Of a stretch of 64,000 nt of DNA, positions 1-13,695 are shown one piece after another. Position 1 is the first letter of the stretch. Each line of letters begins with the position of its first letter. The position numbers and the translations under genes are program-made. Origin of the DNA: Nemertoderma westbladi (lineage: Eukaryota > Animalia > Xenacoelomorpha). The stretch covers positions 66,515 to 130,514 of the forward strand of contig JAUCBJ010007513.1 of the NCBI GenBank assembly GCA_032718475.1, given 5' to 3'. Below the pieces are notes generated by a model that saw nothing but the letters and a program-made list of their open reading frames with translations, was not told the DNA's origin and did not search any database.

Positions 1-319
1 GGCTCAAGCCAAACAAAGAACCATGCGTCCAATGGCTGTTTCCATGCCAGCAACCAGCTGCTAGATGTCGCAATCTGAATCATCAAGGCTAAGCTGTGTA
101 AAGGTATTTGGTGCATTGCAGGTTTTTTGCCTTACCATGTCCGCCAAAACACGTATATAGCAGAATGACTTTTATGTCCGTTAAAACACCTATAACGGTA
201 CCTTGCGGGCGAGGGGAATATATATATAGTTATAGAGCCTTTTAGAGTATTCCAGCGCCTAGGGGGGAAACTGGATTGCGAAGCAAAGGCGCCAGTTATA
301 TCCCACAGAAGCTTTTACA
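1..319 (-). repeat. Partial 3' LTR of Bel/Pao copy A
   Basis: Begins TGTAAAAGC on the minus strand at 319, preceded by CTGGGAGCGG as in copy B. About 3 substitutions versus the 5' LTR over this stretch. Confidence 0.95.
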
Positions 320-397
320 CCGCTCCCAGAAAATGGGATTTGAGTCTATAAAATATACAAAATCACAGTTTCTAATATACGTAAATACTCTAAACAG

Positions 398-1814
398 TTA
401 GTCTTTCTTGCGCGGACGGCGTTTACGCAGTTTCTTAAAGCTAGCCAGAGTCCTTTTCTCTTTGGGGCGAGCCACTTTACAAGGAGGGCTATAACTCCTG
501 GGTGAAGGGTGCAATATGATTGCATCAGAGGGTGTAGGATTATGGTCGGTGTATCCGCCAGTCGAAGTACCGGGTTGATTGACATCAACGTCCGGGGAGA
601 GGGGTCTAACGGCTTTGAGAGCTCGTTTCAAGACAGCCGCTCTTACGGGTCCTTTACGAGTGGTCTGAACGAGGGCCGTGGGTGGACCATAGGCAGTTAG
701 AAACCTCCGGGGTTTAATGGTCCTTTCCAACTCGCGTTCGCGGGCTCGGTATTCGTAAGGCCGTCGATATACTTCCTGTAACTCGGGGTGTGAGTTAACA
801 AACAAGTCTCCATAGTCCGGATCCTGACGGATATAATTGATTAAGTTATAGGAATGAAGGTCGCTAGGATTAACACTCCTGAGAAATTTGCGTACGAATT
901 TGGTTGAAATACATTCTCCAACGCGCTTCAGTAGCTCGTAACTTGATATGCGTGATTTCTGTTCAACCGAAGCGAATAGATAAGGATGGAACGCATAAAC
1001 TCCTTCGTAAGCGCGTCCGGGATAATAGCGATGGCGCGAATCACAATGTAAATCAGCGTTCGCTTCCCAAGCTCTGATGTAACGTAGTGTGATCATTTCA
1101 TCTACGCTTTCCAAATCGTGATTAAAAGGGCAATCGAAACTGGCATGTCCCTTTAGTTGACAATGGTGACATTGAGTCATTAATTGAGGGCAAACCGCAA
1201 AGATATGCAAGTTATTGAGTCTGCAATATGCGCAATAAATTTCCATAGTCGGTTGTTCTTGGAAATAGGAACAGCGGACGTTGGTGTCCATGGGCGTATC
1301 GTGGTCTCTCGATGCGCATAACCGACAACGTTGCCGAGAAACATAGTTGGCATGGCGATAATCATACGCAGTGAGACACTGTGGACCTTGATACCATTCT
1401 AGGATGTAATCGTTGTCGCTGTTCCGGGCGCGATAGGCTGAATCTCCTCAGATTCTAGGCATATTGGTTCGTCTTCCCAGTCTGTTACGAATAGGATTTT
1501 CGTAATCTATTCTCGGTTTATCGTTACGACTCCGCTGGGTATGATATTTAAATAGAACCATTTCCCTTTTGGTGTCTATATCGTCCGTATCATGTAAATC
1601 GATAGGATGGCCGGTAGTTAGGAAGTCCATATACGTACGATTACGATGCGTATAGCGAGCGGTGAATTTTCGATAGTCCAATTCACGCGTAAGTTGCTCT
1701 TGGGACATCGGCGGTTCGATATAACGACTATCGTCCTCCGTAATGGTTGGATCGGCTTCACCGCGTATTAAGCTATCCACAAATACCAAGATCATCTTCT
1801 ATCAACTCCGTCAT
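398..1814 (-). pseudogene. Deleted remnant of the Bel/Pao accessory ORF(s): N-terminal MTELIEDDLG part fused to the C-terminal Zn-knuckle/basic-tail part
   Basis: Matches copy B 57186-~57555 and ~60350-61431. It has a ~32-bp deletion near 1783 and a ~2.8-kb deletion near 1475. The C-terminal 297 aa are open here (GGA where B has TGA at 61177). Confidence 0.9.
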
Positions 1815-2464
1815 ATCTGCTATCTGAGTTTATTAATATCAAATAAGTTTATATTTAGGCGAGCGGGCGTCGCTGCCTACTTCTCTTTGCCCCCAGACAG
1901 TGGGATTCTCAGCGCCGATGTACCGTCGTCGCGGTGTTTACGCCAACATGTAGCAACAGCACGACAATGATAACCGGCACAAGTCACTCCACTGTCCGTC
2001 CCAAAGGCTTGGATCCACTTAGGTTCTTTCTATAGGAGAGTTGGGCTACTTTTACAATTGCGACTAGCTACTGTAAACATACTTTAGCAGTAACATTCAC
2101 CTATAAACGCACAAATTCCACACAACTGTCACCAACTGCACACATACAGGCCATTTGTCCGTTAGTCAGTGCCTTCCAGAATGTCACGTTATTCCTGTGT
2201 ATCCTTGGATACTAGCAGTGTGCTATGTATTCTCTATGCTATGCAATGGGACAAGCTTTCTATTGTTCTTTTAACTTGCTTCTAATTCTAGCGTGGGTGT
2301 TGCTATGGTGACATTATGGAAAGCTAGCGGTAGAATTAGGGTAATTCCAATGCATACAGATCTGGAATGCTATTTAATAGTAATTCTTTAATTGTCAATA
2401 TCCTCTTTATGTATGATTTTATTAATTTTATCGGCTATTGACTATATGTTGGAGATATCCCACC

Positions 2465-2582
2465 TTAGAGGTAACCAAGGCGACTTTGATTCCATCCGGG
2501 GTTTCGACTCGCAGATATGCTACTATACCTATTCCCATGTCGCTGGCGTCTCCAAACACATGGAGTTGATAAGAATACGTAG
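2465..2582 (-). pseudogene. Continuation of copy A pol (start of RNase H, YSYQLHVFGDASDMGIG) beyond the Gypsy insertion, truncated by a ~3.2-kb deletion
   Basis: Matches B ~53173-53291, then jumps to B ~56543 through a short filler. The rest of RNase H and the integrase are missing. Confidence 0.9.
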
Positions 2583-2836
2583 TGTGGTGATAATATATGG
2601 CTCGCCCCACGGATACCCTGGGACGAGGGGGGGGGGGGGAGACCTACCGGTGTTGGACAGTCAGTATGTCGGTGTTAGTCAGAGCACTGCAGTACATATT
2701 CTTTTATCTAGGCCACTTGTTACATGCCGTGACCGGTCCCCGGAGGACCCTATTATACATATCTATCTGACAGTATCTGCTATAGACAAAGGTTTTATTC
2801 GTCTGCTGCCTCGCAGCAATAGTAGATACGCCCACA
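2583..2836 (+). repeat. 5' LTR of Gypsy D
   Basis: TGTGGTG...CCCACA. Differs from the 3' LTR by one substitution and one G in a homopolymer. Confidence 0.97.
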
Positions 2837-2854
2837 TGGCGCAGTGTGTAGGAT
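2837..2854 (+). promoter_or_regulatory. Primer-binding site of Gypsy D, probably tRNA-Ser
   Basis: TGGCGCAGTGTGTAGGAT directly after the LTR, complementary to a ...ATCCTAC...CTGCG-CCA 3' end like those of invertebrate tRNA-Ser. Confidence 0.8.
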
Positions 2855-2865
2855 AGTTTGGGCCC

Positions 2866-5800
2866 ATGCCGCCTAAATCCAAAGGGAAGATCACGTCCCC
2901 GCCCACGGCGGACAGCAGCGACGGCGACGAAACTCTAGAAGCCCGAGGCGGCAGTCGCGCCCCTATCCGAATGGACGACCTCGTGCGAATCCTCGCCCAA
3001 CAGCAGACTGCTATGGCTCAGCTGCTGGCGCAACAGCAGGAGGACGCCAACCGTCGCCAGGAGGCTGCGGATGACCGCCTACTTCAACAACAGGCGGCCG
3101 CGGACGACCGCATCGCTAAACTCCTCGCAGCTTTACAACCCGGCGTGGCGGCGGCCGCCACACCGGAACTACCGACGACCCAACCCACGTACGCGGGGGC
3201 CGTCACGAACCCGGTTCCCCGACGCCGGGTAATCGACATCTCGACGATGGAGAAGATCGACGTGGACGTCGAGTTCTCCATGTTCCGCCGGTGGAGACAG
3301 GCGTGGCGGGTCCACGCCCACCGACAACAGGTCGCTACGTTCCCGCGAGCCGAGCAGGTTTAAGCTCTCGTTGCTGCCCTCGGTAGCGGCCTACAGGAGA
3401 CCATCCGCGTCACCCTGCACGTGGACATCGACGCGGACGATACAACCACAGAGACGGTCCTCGATGCACTCCAGGGCCACCTCCGCGCCAAGAGGAGTAT
3501 CGCGATCGACGCGATCAAGTTCCACGAGCGCCGGCAAGGCGCAACCGAGGGATTCGATTCCTTCCGGGTGGCCCTGGAGGATCTCGCAGACACTGCGGAG
3601 CTCTGTGGGAACTGCCGCGACCGGCAGATCGTTACCCAGATCCTAGTGGGTCTCCGATGTTCAGAGACCCGGACGGAACTCCTCAAGGTTCTTCCTCAAC
3701 CGACCCTCGAGGACTGCGTGAGGATTGCGCAGAGCGTGGAAGCCAGCGAACGGAACGACTCGATCCTCGCGAGCGGGAAACCAGTAAACAAACTCTCCGC
3801 GTACAAACGCGAATGCTCGACCTCCCGCAACCCCGCTATCTCCCGCTCCCCGATGGGCACCCGGAACTCATCACCCGACCCCACGTGGCGGAACCCTAGC
3901 GGCCGCAGTTGCGGCAACTGCGGCCGGGAACCCCATGAGGCGGGCTCGGAATGCCCCGCCAAGGGGGTCAAGTGCCACGGCTGTGGCAGGACGGGGCATA
4001 TCAAGCGGATGTGCCGGTCCCGATCCGCCACCAAGAAGAGGGTGTCCACAGTGTACCACTGCCAGAGTATTAGCAGCGTTGCCAACAATCAGGAAACAGC
4101 CTGCAAACTCTCTTATATCGCGGTGGGCCTGACGGACTCCGGGATCGGGAACCTCAAGGGGACGGTTCGTCACTCCCTCCCGGACAGCGGTGCGGCCGCT
4201 AACATCTTCAACCAGGGACTGTTTCTCCGGTTCGGAGGGCGACTCGACGACCTCCTCCCGCTTCGAGATGACGACAAGTTCGAGGCGGCCAACCGACTCC
4301 CCATGGCGGCCGTGGGGAGGTACCCAGTGGAGATCAACTACTGCGGGACGACGGCGACCACCGAGCTGGTCATCTCTCCCGAGTCCGACGGACTGATCCT
4401 CTCGAAGAAGACCATCCAGGACCTGGACATCCTCCCGCGCACCTTCCCGGCTCCCCTACACAGCCGAAGAACCGTCGCTTCTGTCGCTCCGTCCCCGGCG
4501 ATCCGCTCCCGGGACAATCTCCTCCGCGAGTTCAGCGACGTGTTTGACAATGACTCCGCGCCTCTTCCGACGATGCATGGCCCGCCCATGCGTATCCAGC
4601 TAAAGGATGGGGCCAAGCCGTTCCACGTCAACGGCGCGCGACCTGTCCCATTCGCCATGCGGGACGAGGTGAAAGAACTCCTCGACAAGCTAGAGCGACG
4701 GGAAGTCATCGCCCGGGTCGAAGAACCTACGGATTGGGCCCATCCGATGACGGTGGCGCCTAAACCCAACGGAGGACTGCGACTCTGCGTGGACCTCCGC
4801 CACCTAAACTCGCAGGTCCAACGCCCCTATTACCCAACGCCGAATCCACGGACCGCTGTCGCCGGAGTCTCCACGACTGCAAAGATTTTCTCCGTGTTCG
4901 ACGCAGCCAGTGGCTACTGGCAGGTTCCCCTCGACGAGGACTCCCAACTCCTCACCACCTTCGCGACTCCCTGGGGCCGGTACTGTCACACTCGTAGCGT
5001 GATGGGGCTGATCTCGTCCGGCGACGAGTTTAACCGTCGAGGCGACGACGCCATCCAGGGACTTCCTAACCTCATCAAGGTTGTAGACGATGTACTCCTC
5101 TACAACGATACAATGGAGGAACACATGGAGAACATCGCGAGGTTTATGGAGCGGTGCCGGACCTACGGGATCACGTTACACCCGGGGAAGGTTCAGTTTG
5201 CCCAGACCGAGGTTCGGTTCGCTGGGTACCTCGTCGGCGCCTCCGGGATAAAGGCCGACCCCGAGAAACTGAAGGCGATTGCCGCCTTCCCCCGCCCTGG
5301 GAACATCACCGATCTCCGGAGCTTCCTCGGACTGGTGGAGCAACTCGCTCCGTTCTCAGCAGACATCGCTGCCGCGATGTCCCCGCTACGTCCCCTCCTA
5401 AGCACGAAGGCGACCTTCATCTGGACGGTGGACCACGAACGGGCCTTCGAGGCCACCAAGCTGGCTCTGACGTCACCGCCGGCCCTCGTCCCGTTCGACA
5501 CGACCCGGGAGACCCGCCTAGTGACAGATGCGTCCCGGCTGAAGGGCCTCGGCTACGCCCTCCTCCAACTTCACGGGGAGGACTGGAAGCTGGTCGAGTG
5601 CGGCTCGAGGTTCACCACCGAGACCGAGTCCCGGTATGCCATGGTAGAACTCGAGCTGCTCGCCGTCGTATGGGCAGTGCAGAAGTGCCGTATGTACCTT
5701 CTCGGCCTCCCACACTTCAACCTAATCGTTGACCACCAGCCGTTGGTGACGATTATCGACAAGTACACGGTGGACGCGACCGACAACACGCGCCTCCAGC

Positions 5801-7314
5801 GGCTCAAAACGAAACTGGCTCCCTACCAGTTTACCACCACGTGGACAAAGGGGAAGGACCACGCCATAGCCGACGCGTTGTCCCGCGCCCCCGTCGACGA
5901 CCCGACACCGGATGACATCGTGGACGACGGCGAAATGGCGACGTACATCCGGGCCGTCACCCGCCAGACCGCTGCCGACATAACCGGCTCCGATTCCGCC
6001 CACCTTGCGGATCCAGTCCTCAATGAACTCGCCCGACTGGCTCGGAACGATCCGGACTACAAAGCCCTACTCGCGGCTATCGAGGCTGGGTTTCCGGAAT
6101 CCACCCGGACGAACCCAGCGGTGAACATCTTCTGGTCTGTCCGGGACCAGTTAACCACGGACGGGGACCTGGCCCTGCTGGGCCATCGCATTGTGGTCCC
6201 CACAGCGTCGCGGAAATCTACCCTTACGCGCCTCCACGCATCGCACCAGGGGGTGGAGAAGACGCTACGACGTGCCCGGCAGTGTGTCTACTGGCCGGGC
6301 ATAACTAACGATATCCGGACGACCGTGGGCGCTTGCAGCGAATGTCTGACCGGCCGATCGAGCCAGACAAAGGAGTCGTTCCAGTCGGAACCTCCACCCA
6401 CTCGACCCTTCGAGGACATTTCGGGAGACTTCTTCTCCCTTGGGGCGAAGCACTTCCTGGCCGCCGCCGACCGATATTCCGGATGGCCGGAAGTGTACTC
6501 GTTTTCCGCCCCACCCACTGCCGACCGGACAATCACAGCCCTGCGAGACTGGTTCATCCGGTACGGGGTGCCGACCCGCTTTCGCTCGGATGGCGGGACC
6601 CCATTCACCGCGGCAGCGACGACGAAATTCCTGAAGGAATGGGGGGTCACACCGGTCACGTCGTCACCGGAATACCCCCAGAGTAACGGGCACGCCGAGT
6701 CGGCAGTAAAGGCCCTGAAGAGCCTTCTGGTAAAGACCGGGGGCTCAACTACGTCCGAAGTGTTCCTGGAGGGGCTCCTGGAACTCCGCAACAGCCCCAG
6801 GGAGAGCGGCTCTTCCCCAGCGGACATTGTCTTCGGACACCCAATGCGCACGCGTGTCCCAGCTCACCACACCGCCTTCGCCCGGACTATACAAGAGACC
6901 CGGACGGAGCTAGACCGGGTGGCGCCAGCCATCAAATCGGCCCGGACCACCCAGTACAACCGCGGCGCCAAAGATTTGGAACCTCTCACGGTAGGCGCCC
7001 GGGTAAGGGTTCAACACCCGACCACCAAGTGATGGGATCGCGCTGGAACCGTCGTAGAGACTGGTTCCCACCGGAAGTATACAGTCCGGATGCCGTCCGG
7101 ACGCACCCTTGTCCGGAACAGACGCTTACTAATCCCGGACACCGCCCACCAGGCGACACCAACGGGCCCTCCGCCACCGGATGCGGCCCCAACGGGACCC
7201 ACACCCACCAAGAAACTGCGCTGGCGTGAACCCCTAATGGAAACTCAGACCTTCGATAAACTTTCAGTTTCGAGGTATCCAAAACGGACGCGTCAGCAAC
7301 CCGACAGACTGTAG
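2866..7314 (+). pseudogene. Gypsy D single gag-pol polyprotein (~1480 codons) with two in-frame stops (TAA 3361-3363, TGA 7030-7032)
   Basis: ORFs 2866, 3421 and 7090 share one frame. Motifs: CGNC..H..C and CHGCGRTGHIKRMC knuckles, PDSGA protease, VVDD RT, TDAS RNase H, HASH..CSEC and D-D-E (RSDGG, HAES) integrase. Confidence 0.93.
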
Positions 7315-7381
7315 GACAGAACGGTTGATAGCTCGGCACAGCCTTAGACAGTTAGACGGCTAATCCGAGCTCGTAAGGGGG

Positions 7382-7634
7382 TGTGGTGATAATATATGGC
7401 TCGCCCCACGGATACCCTGGGACGAGGGGGGGGGGGGAGACCTACCGGTGTTGGACAGTCAGTATGTCGGTGTTAGTCAGAGCACTGCAGTACATATTCT
7501 TTTATCTAGGCCACTTGTTACATGCCGTGACCGGTCCCCGGAGGACCCTATTATACATATCTATCTGACAGTATCTGCTATAGACAAAGGTTTTATTTGT
7601 CTGCTGCCTCGCAGCAATAGTAGATACGCCCACA
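7382..7634 (+). repeat. 3' LTR of Gypsy D, preceded by the PPT AAGGGGG
   Basis: Direct repeat of 2583-2836. Confidence 0.97.
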
Positions 7635-10600
7635 CGTAGGAAGAACATGGCCAAAATATGCACGGGAAATTATAAAGTTCTCGATGGCAGGTAGAGAATC
7701 TTCCCATTTCATCCATTTCTTTAACAATTCTCCCTTAAGCGGATCGTCCCATGAGTGGTTTTCAAGCCACATTTGTTGTACTAAACTCCGAGCAATCAAT
7801 ATAGCTGGGCTAATAAATCCCAATGGGTCGAAATAAGTGCTCAGGATACTTAAACAAATCCGTTTGGTCCGAACTGGATTATCTCGCTGTTTTAACTGAA
7901 AAAACAGGATGTCTCTTTCAGTGTCCCACTTCAAGCCTAGCGTCTTGGTTTCAGGAAGATCGTCCTTTATTAAGTCTAGGTCTTTCGTTCCTCGGTCTTC
8001 TACCGGTATGGCTTCCAGAAACTCCCGGGAGTTGCTAGTGAATTTCGTCAGTCGAAATCCACCTCTTTTCAAACACTCTACCGTTCCTTTCGCGACAGCT
8101 ATGGCTTCTTCTACTGATGGAAGGGACCTTAAATTGTCGTCCATGTATATATTGCGTTTTATGTTGTCTATCACTTCTTTTGAGAAGGAGTCTCGGTTGT
8201 CATTCGCAGTGGTTCGCACCACGGAGCAGGCGTTGGAAGGGCTTGATATGATTCCAAAAGCCTGGATGGTCATCCAGTACTCTACAGGTTTCTGATTGAG
8301 GTCTCCTTCAGGCCACCACAGAAATCTCAGGCTGTCTCTATCTCTATCCAGCGCCTTGACTTGTAAGAACATTCCTTCTATATCTGAGGCGAACGCGATG
8401 GAATATTGTCTTAATCTTAAAAGTATTCCCAACAAAGATTGGAGTAAGTTGGGTCCTGGTAACAACTCGGAATTGAGGGATTGGCCCATATATAGGGCGG
8501 AGCCATCGAATACGACTCGTACTTCGTGGGGTTTACCGGGTTTGGGAACGTAATGATGTGTTAAGTAATACGTTCTCTCAGTCACTGGTGTTCCTTCCGG
8601 TACTCGCTCCGCGTATCCCTTTGTTATAAATTTCTTCAGCTGAGTTTGGTACATTTCTTTCGCTGAAGCATTAGCTGTAAGGCATCGATGTAATTGAGCG
8701 ATTCTTTTCTCTGCCAAGGGTCTGTTATTTATAAATCTAGGTTCTCGTTTTCGAAATGGTAGGCCGATTTCATATCTACCTTGATCCTTTAAAAAACGTG
8801 TAGTTGTTTCCTGGATTTGCTTGGCTCTTTCTTCTTCTATCGATAGAGCCTTATCATATGAATTGGGCTCTACCAGTTCCTGAGTAAAGAATCGTACGGC
8901 TAGTTCGTCCCGAGTTCTAGCGTTGTAGCGCTCTATCTCATCGTTTAGTTCGTCATTGTAAGCGATGGGTTCCGATGGGCGAATCAGTTGACATAGGTTC
9001 ACCTGATTTTTCCAAGTGTGGTTTTCTGTAAGTAGGTCGATTGTGTTCTCTTCATCGAAGAGTTGGTAGATGTCGCCATTATCTGAGGAGTATGGTGTTC
9101 CCTCAGTTAGTTCGTCCACCTCACTGCTCTCCACTTCCCAATCGTTTACTTGGTATATTTGTTCTTGTGGCATTCTCTCTTCGAGAGTCCTGCGGGAAGG
9201 GCCAGTAAAGTACCAACCTACTCTAGTTCTTACCGCATAGGTTTGCAGTGGCTGTGGTTGAGCAGGCCGTTTCTCCAATGTTTCGAGCGCCTCATGCGCG
9301 TTTTGGCCGATGAGTATTTGCACTCCAGGATAATCTGTCTGGAATCGAGGTATCTTAAGATGTTGGATGCTCTCATCCTCGTCCCAATTATAAAGATCTG
9401 CTTGAGTAGTAGCGAAGTTCTTTATAGCCACCATTTTTACCGACCTTATACCTTGTGCTCCTAACTTATCCTGGGGGGTGGACAACACACCTACATAGTA
9501 ATCTGCCGTTAGGGTAGATTTCCAAACCTGCATAATTCCTGACATATTCAATTTAGTCCGGAATTTGGGTTGTCCAGCAAAGATATCTTCGGCTAATTCT
9601 TGATCGATGAATGTTCCTGTGCTGCCGGAGTCAAGGAGTGCGTTCACTATGTAACTTTTGTTAGGACCGTGAACTCTTACCTGCACTACAGGAAATTCTC
9701 TGATTCCTACGTTGGAAGTTGGAGCTTTCCAAGATGGTTGTTTGGCAAAAGTAGTTGGGGGAAACTCATTGTTGGTGTCCTTTTCATAAGTAAGTGCTCG
9801 ATACAATGCGGTATTGATTAGATAACAGGATTCGTTGGCGTCGGAGAATTCGTCAGTATAGAATCCTTCCATCTCAGATTCTTGATCAGTGTCGTTTACA
9901 TCACTGAATTGGACATGTAGTTCGGGCTCACTTACCTGGCTCGGGTTGTCTCGGTCGAACTCACTGTGTAACAAGATGTGATGTTTCGCGCCACACTTTG
10001 CACACTTTACGTCGGAGTAACAGGTTCGCCGTTGGTGTCCTGATCTGAGGCAATTATAGCATAACCGCTTATTCCACAGGACTGTACGTCTGTCTACAAG
10101 AGATTTCTTTAGAAATTCAGCACACGCACTCAAACGGTGGGGCCAGTCGCACAGCGCACATTTTGGTTTGATGTTACTCACCTTACCTTGGGTAACGTTA
10201 TGCACTCTCATTTTTTCTTCGGGTTTTCTTCGGTGCATTCTGTTAGGAGACTGAGGAGGGGTCTTGGCAGCCTGTTCTCTCCTATCGTTGTTTCGAGCCT
10301 TGTATTTACTTACGTCTTTTGAGGTTTTGTCAACATAGTAAGATCGATCTGTGTCTTTCCCGCTGTCCTCTTCTTGAGAAGCTTGGCTTTCGCCGTCGTC
10401 AGTGTAACACACCGGTGTTACTCTTCTCCTAGAAGCGGGTTTCTCACTTACCTTATTTTCCGATGTTTTCTCTCTGGACTGCTTGATGAGTTGTAGTTTT
10501 ACTTCACCATCTAAGAAGGACATGAGATCAGCCATGGTAGGACTTCGTCGTTGTTGTTCATTCATGTACAACACTTTCTTGTCCCAGCGTGTACATACTC

Positions 10601-13340
10601 CACCCTTTGGTAAAGTAGAGACTACGGCTCCAATAACCATGGAACTCTGATATTCATGCGACTTACCTAACCAGTCCAATTGTCTACAGATCTCTTGAAT
10701 CTCATCGGAAAACTCTATAATCCCGCTACTAAGGAAGTGTCGGGGGGCTACTAATTTTGCATACAAATACTTAGCTATGTTATCTTTGTTACCATACCTG
10801 ATGTTTAATGTATCCCATACTTGTCTTAATCTTTCTGGATGTCCAATAAACTTTAACGCCATTAACCTGGGAGGTCCTTCCAAGCATTTGATGAGGAACC
10901 TAAGTTTCTCTCCGTTAGATAGTACAGAGTTTTGTATGCTATCTTTGTAGTATTCATTGAAAGGTAGCCATTTCATCTCATCTCCATTGAATTTGACGAT
11001 CTCTCCCACTTTAACCGCTTGGCGGGCTTCTGTTCTAGCCATCTGACGCGTAAAGCTTTCTTGGGCCATCGTGTTATTTAATATCGAATTATCGGTATAT
11101 AAATTTCTCGGATCATTATCAGGTCTATAGGGAATATCATTAATAACAGGTCTATAATCACCCTTAATAGGGTTTGCTATAGGAGTTTCTACTTCACTAG
11201 CAGTATAGATGCGTGTAGGCTCCACACCTTGCGCATGTAATACTTCAGACCTAACAGGTTGACACAATGTTACAGGGGGTATTGGTATGCCTTTTTGTAT
11301 ATTGACTAACTTGTCGCGTTCTAGCGCGATACTTTGCTGCACTTCTTGCAATTCTGCCCTACCTTCCCTTATGGTTCCCTTAAGTTGGTGGACAGTCTCC
11401 TGCATCTGTCCGAGCAGGAGATTCATCCCCCGCCGTCCCTCCTCAACACACTCGACCGCCAAAGCGGGAGTCGCCAACATTGTAGCGGGCTGACGCGGGA
11501 CGACGGGAGACAAATCTTTGATTTCTCTCTCTGCTTCCAGGACAGGGATATTCTCATGGACTGTTCTACCGGGTACAGGCAGTGTAGTACTGTGTAAAGG
11601 GAATTTAGAGTTAAGCTCTGGAAGTACAGGGGTCTCTAGCACAGAAGTGACCTTGGGAACGACAGACCCAATTATTTCAGGCTCATCAACTATTGTAGGG
11701 AGTCTTTTGACCTGAATAATTTGTTCTGTGGGTTCTGTACTGCCTAAGTCTGCGCTAGTTAGTTGTCTTCTAACCGCCGGGGGCAAATTAGGCAATTTGT
11801 GGCGGTGAGATGTTTTTCTACGCCTGCTTAGACGAGATCTATTTCCTCTGCCTTCAGGATCGGTGGTTTCGCTTTCCTCCGATGATGTGTATCCCTGGCG
11901 TTTTGGAGTAGATCTTCTCATCATCTGCATTCGACTAGCAGTTAACTGTTTATTTATGTTGTCTTGCGTCTCTTGCAGATTTTCCAACTCCAGTTGGGTA
12001 GTCTGCTCAGACGCTCTCCGTTCTGCTTCTGCCACTGCCTTTGCCGCCTTTCTTTGTGCTTCTGCTTTTGCCATTGCCACTGCCTCCTTTCTTTCCGCTT
12101 CTGCTTCTGCGATTGCCGCTGCCTCCTTTATTTCCGCTTCTGCTTCTGCGATTGCCGCTGCTTTTCGGTCCTCTATCCGCCTTTTCTTTACTTCTTCTTC
12201 CTGGACTCTAGCGAGGCAAAGTTTTTCATCAAATTCAGCTTGGTTTGCAGCAAACATTTCAGCATCGATTGAGTCCAACACAAGCTGGGTTCCTTCACTA
12301 TTAGGGGAAAGTCCAGACAGCCGTCTCCTCAACTCTTCGTCTCCTAGGAATCGCTGATAGTCGGATAGATAAATGTCGATGGCGTCTCTCGTTCGTGGTC
12401 TCTCTGCGGTCTCTTCGCCTTCCACTTGAGAAAGGGTGGCATCGGTTGGTTCTTCATAGGTTAGTCTCTCAGACAGCTGGGATTTCCACTGGTCCGTTTC
12501 TTGTACTTTGAGGCCTACCCACTGGAACCAAGTTTTGACAGCAACCTGCAGCGACGTGTCCTGTCTTCTTTTGGAAGTTTCCTCAAAAGCTGATAGGATT
12601 AGTCGAATGCGTAGGGTTCTTTCGCGTTTTTGATATAGCAGTTCTTCCTGCTCTTGAGGTCCTTGGGGTTGTCGAAACAGTTGTTCTTCTAATCGCTCTA
12701 AGGAGCCGAAGAACCCCTGCACATATCCTGCTGCCGACCTCTTCCAAACAGCTGGATCCATCGTATCTTTAACCACTCCCATCCTGTGTATATCTTCCCA
12801 AGTAGCCTCGGACAGATCTAACGGGAGTCCGGGTCCGGGAAAGTTCCATTGTGACTCGACAATAGACATCAATTCTTCCCTGGCGTATCCCGCATAATTA
12901 TCTTGTGTCGTTCGCTTATTTCTCGCCCAGTCGGCTTGATGTTCCTCCACCGCAATCAATATAGTAGTTAGCACTGCAGCAGGAAGGGTGAGAAGGGGGT
13001 CCGAGTAGGCTTTAGCCGCCATCTGCAATCCGCGTTCGGGGGTCAGCTCGACAGTATCCGAACTACTGGAGCTATCGGATCGCTGGGAACAAGTTTCTTG
13101 ACTAGGCTGTTGCTGCTGTGGGACAGCTGCTTCCTGGTTCCGTTTGACTTGGGCCCGAGTGCCGATAATAGACCTACGGTGTTGGATTAGCTTAGGGTCT
13201 GATACTTCTACTGGAGGGATGACCTTTCTTTCAGTAGGAGGTGAGCTGAACTCCTTTCTTAATCGCTCCACACTCCTATCTGTGTCACAGATGGTTGTAT
13301 CGATTAGACTGTCTGACAGGTTTTGCTGGGTGTCAGACAT
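7635..13340 (-). CDS. Bel/Pao copy A gag-pol (long N-terminal coiled-coil region, Gag, 3 Cys/His knuckles, aspartic protease, RT), open up to the Gypsy insertion
   Basis: KFNGDEMKW Gag motif; CALCDWPH..C, CYNCLRSGH..C, CAKCGAKHH; LLDSGSTGTF; VRVVFDGS; DIEGMFLQV; YMDD; YFDPLG. The last 14 aa of the listed ORF come from the Gypsy LTR. Confidence 0.93.
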
Positions 13341-13417
13341 GTTTAGCTATACAGTTGAATGCTTACTGCTATAGTTACAGTTAAAGCAAGTCTAGTAATT
13401 CAGTATGACCGTTGGCC

Positions 13418-13695
13418 TAGTACCGGTAATTTATTGCAGTATATTAGAATACCGGTATACACTTATAATATATATAAGTATTGTAAACTAGTTTTGTCAC
13501 AGAGTACCGGTATATAAATTTAGCACAAATATATATAAATATATAATAGGCCTATCGTGAATACCGGTATACAGCTTACACTTATAGTATATATAAGTAT
13601 AATTATGAACTAGAATTAATTACAGAATACCGGTATGATTTCAGCTCAAATTTGTAGAAATAAATATAATAAGCCTATGGTAAATACCGGTATGT
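13418..13695. repeat. Cluster of about six TACCGGTA palindromes in the 5' UTR of A (equivalent to B ~47980-48250)
   Basis: (G/A)TACCGGTA near 13420, 13449, 13503, 13561, 13627 and 13685 in AT-rich degenerate repeats. Confidence 0.75.

Larger units (their letters stand above)
2583..7634 (+). mobile_element. Ty3/Gypsy LTR retrotransposon D (Mag-like), full length, nested in Bel/Pao A
   Basis: TG..CA LTRs of 254 and 253 bp. TSD CGTAG at 2578-2582 and 7635-7639. tRNA PBS and PPT present. Domain order gag(2xCCHC)-PR-RT-RH-IN. Confidence 0.97.

Noticed and set aside
3361-3363. Programmed gag-pol readthrough at the TAA in Gypsy D
   Set aside because: The stop falls inside Gag, before the Zn knuckles, not at the gag/pol boundary, and a second stop lies in the integrase tail. 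Simple mutations are more likely.
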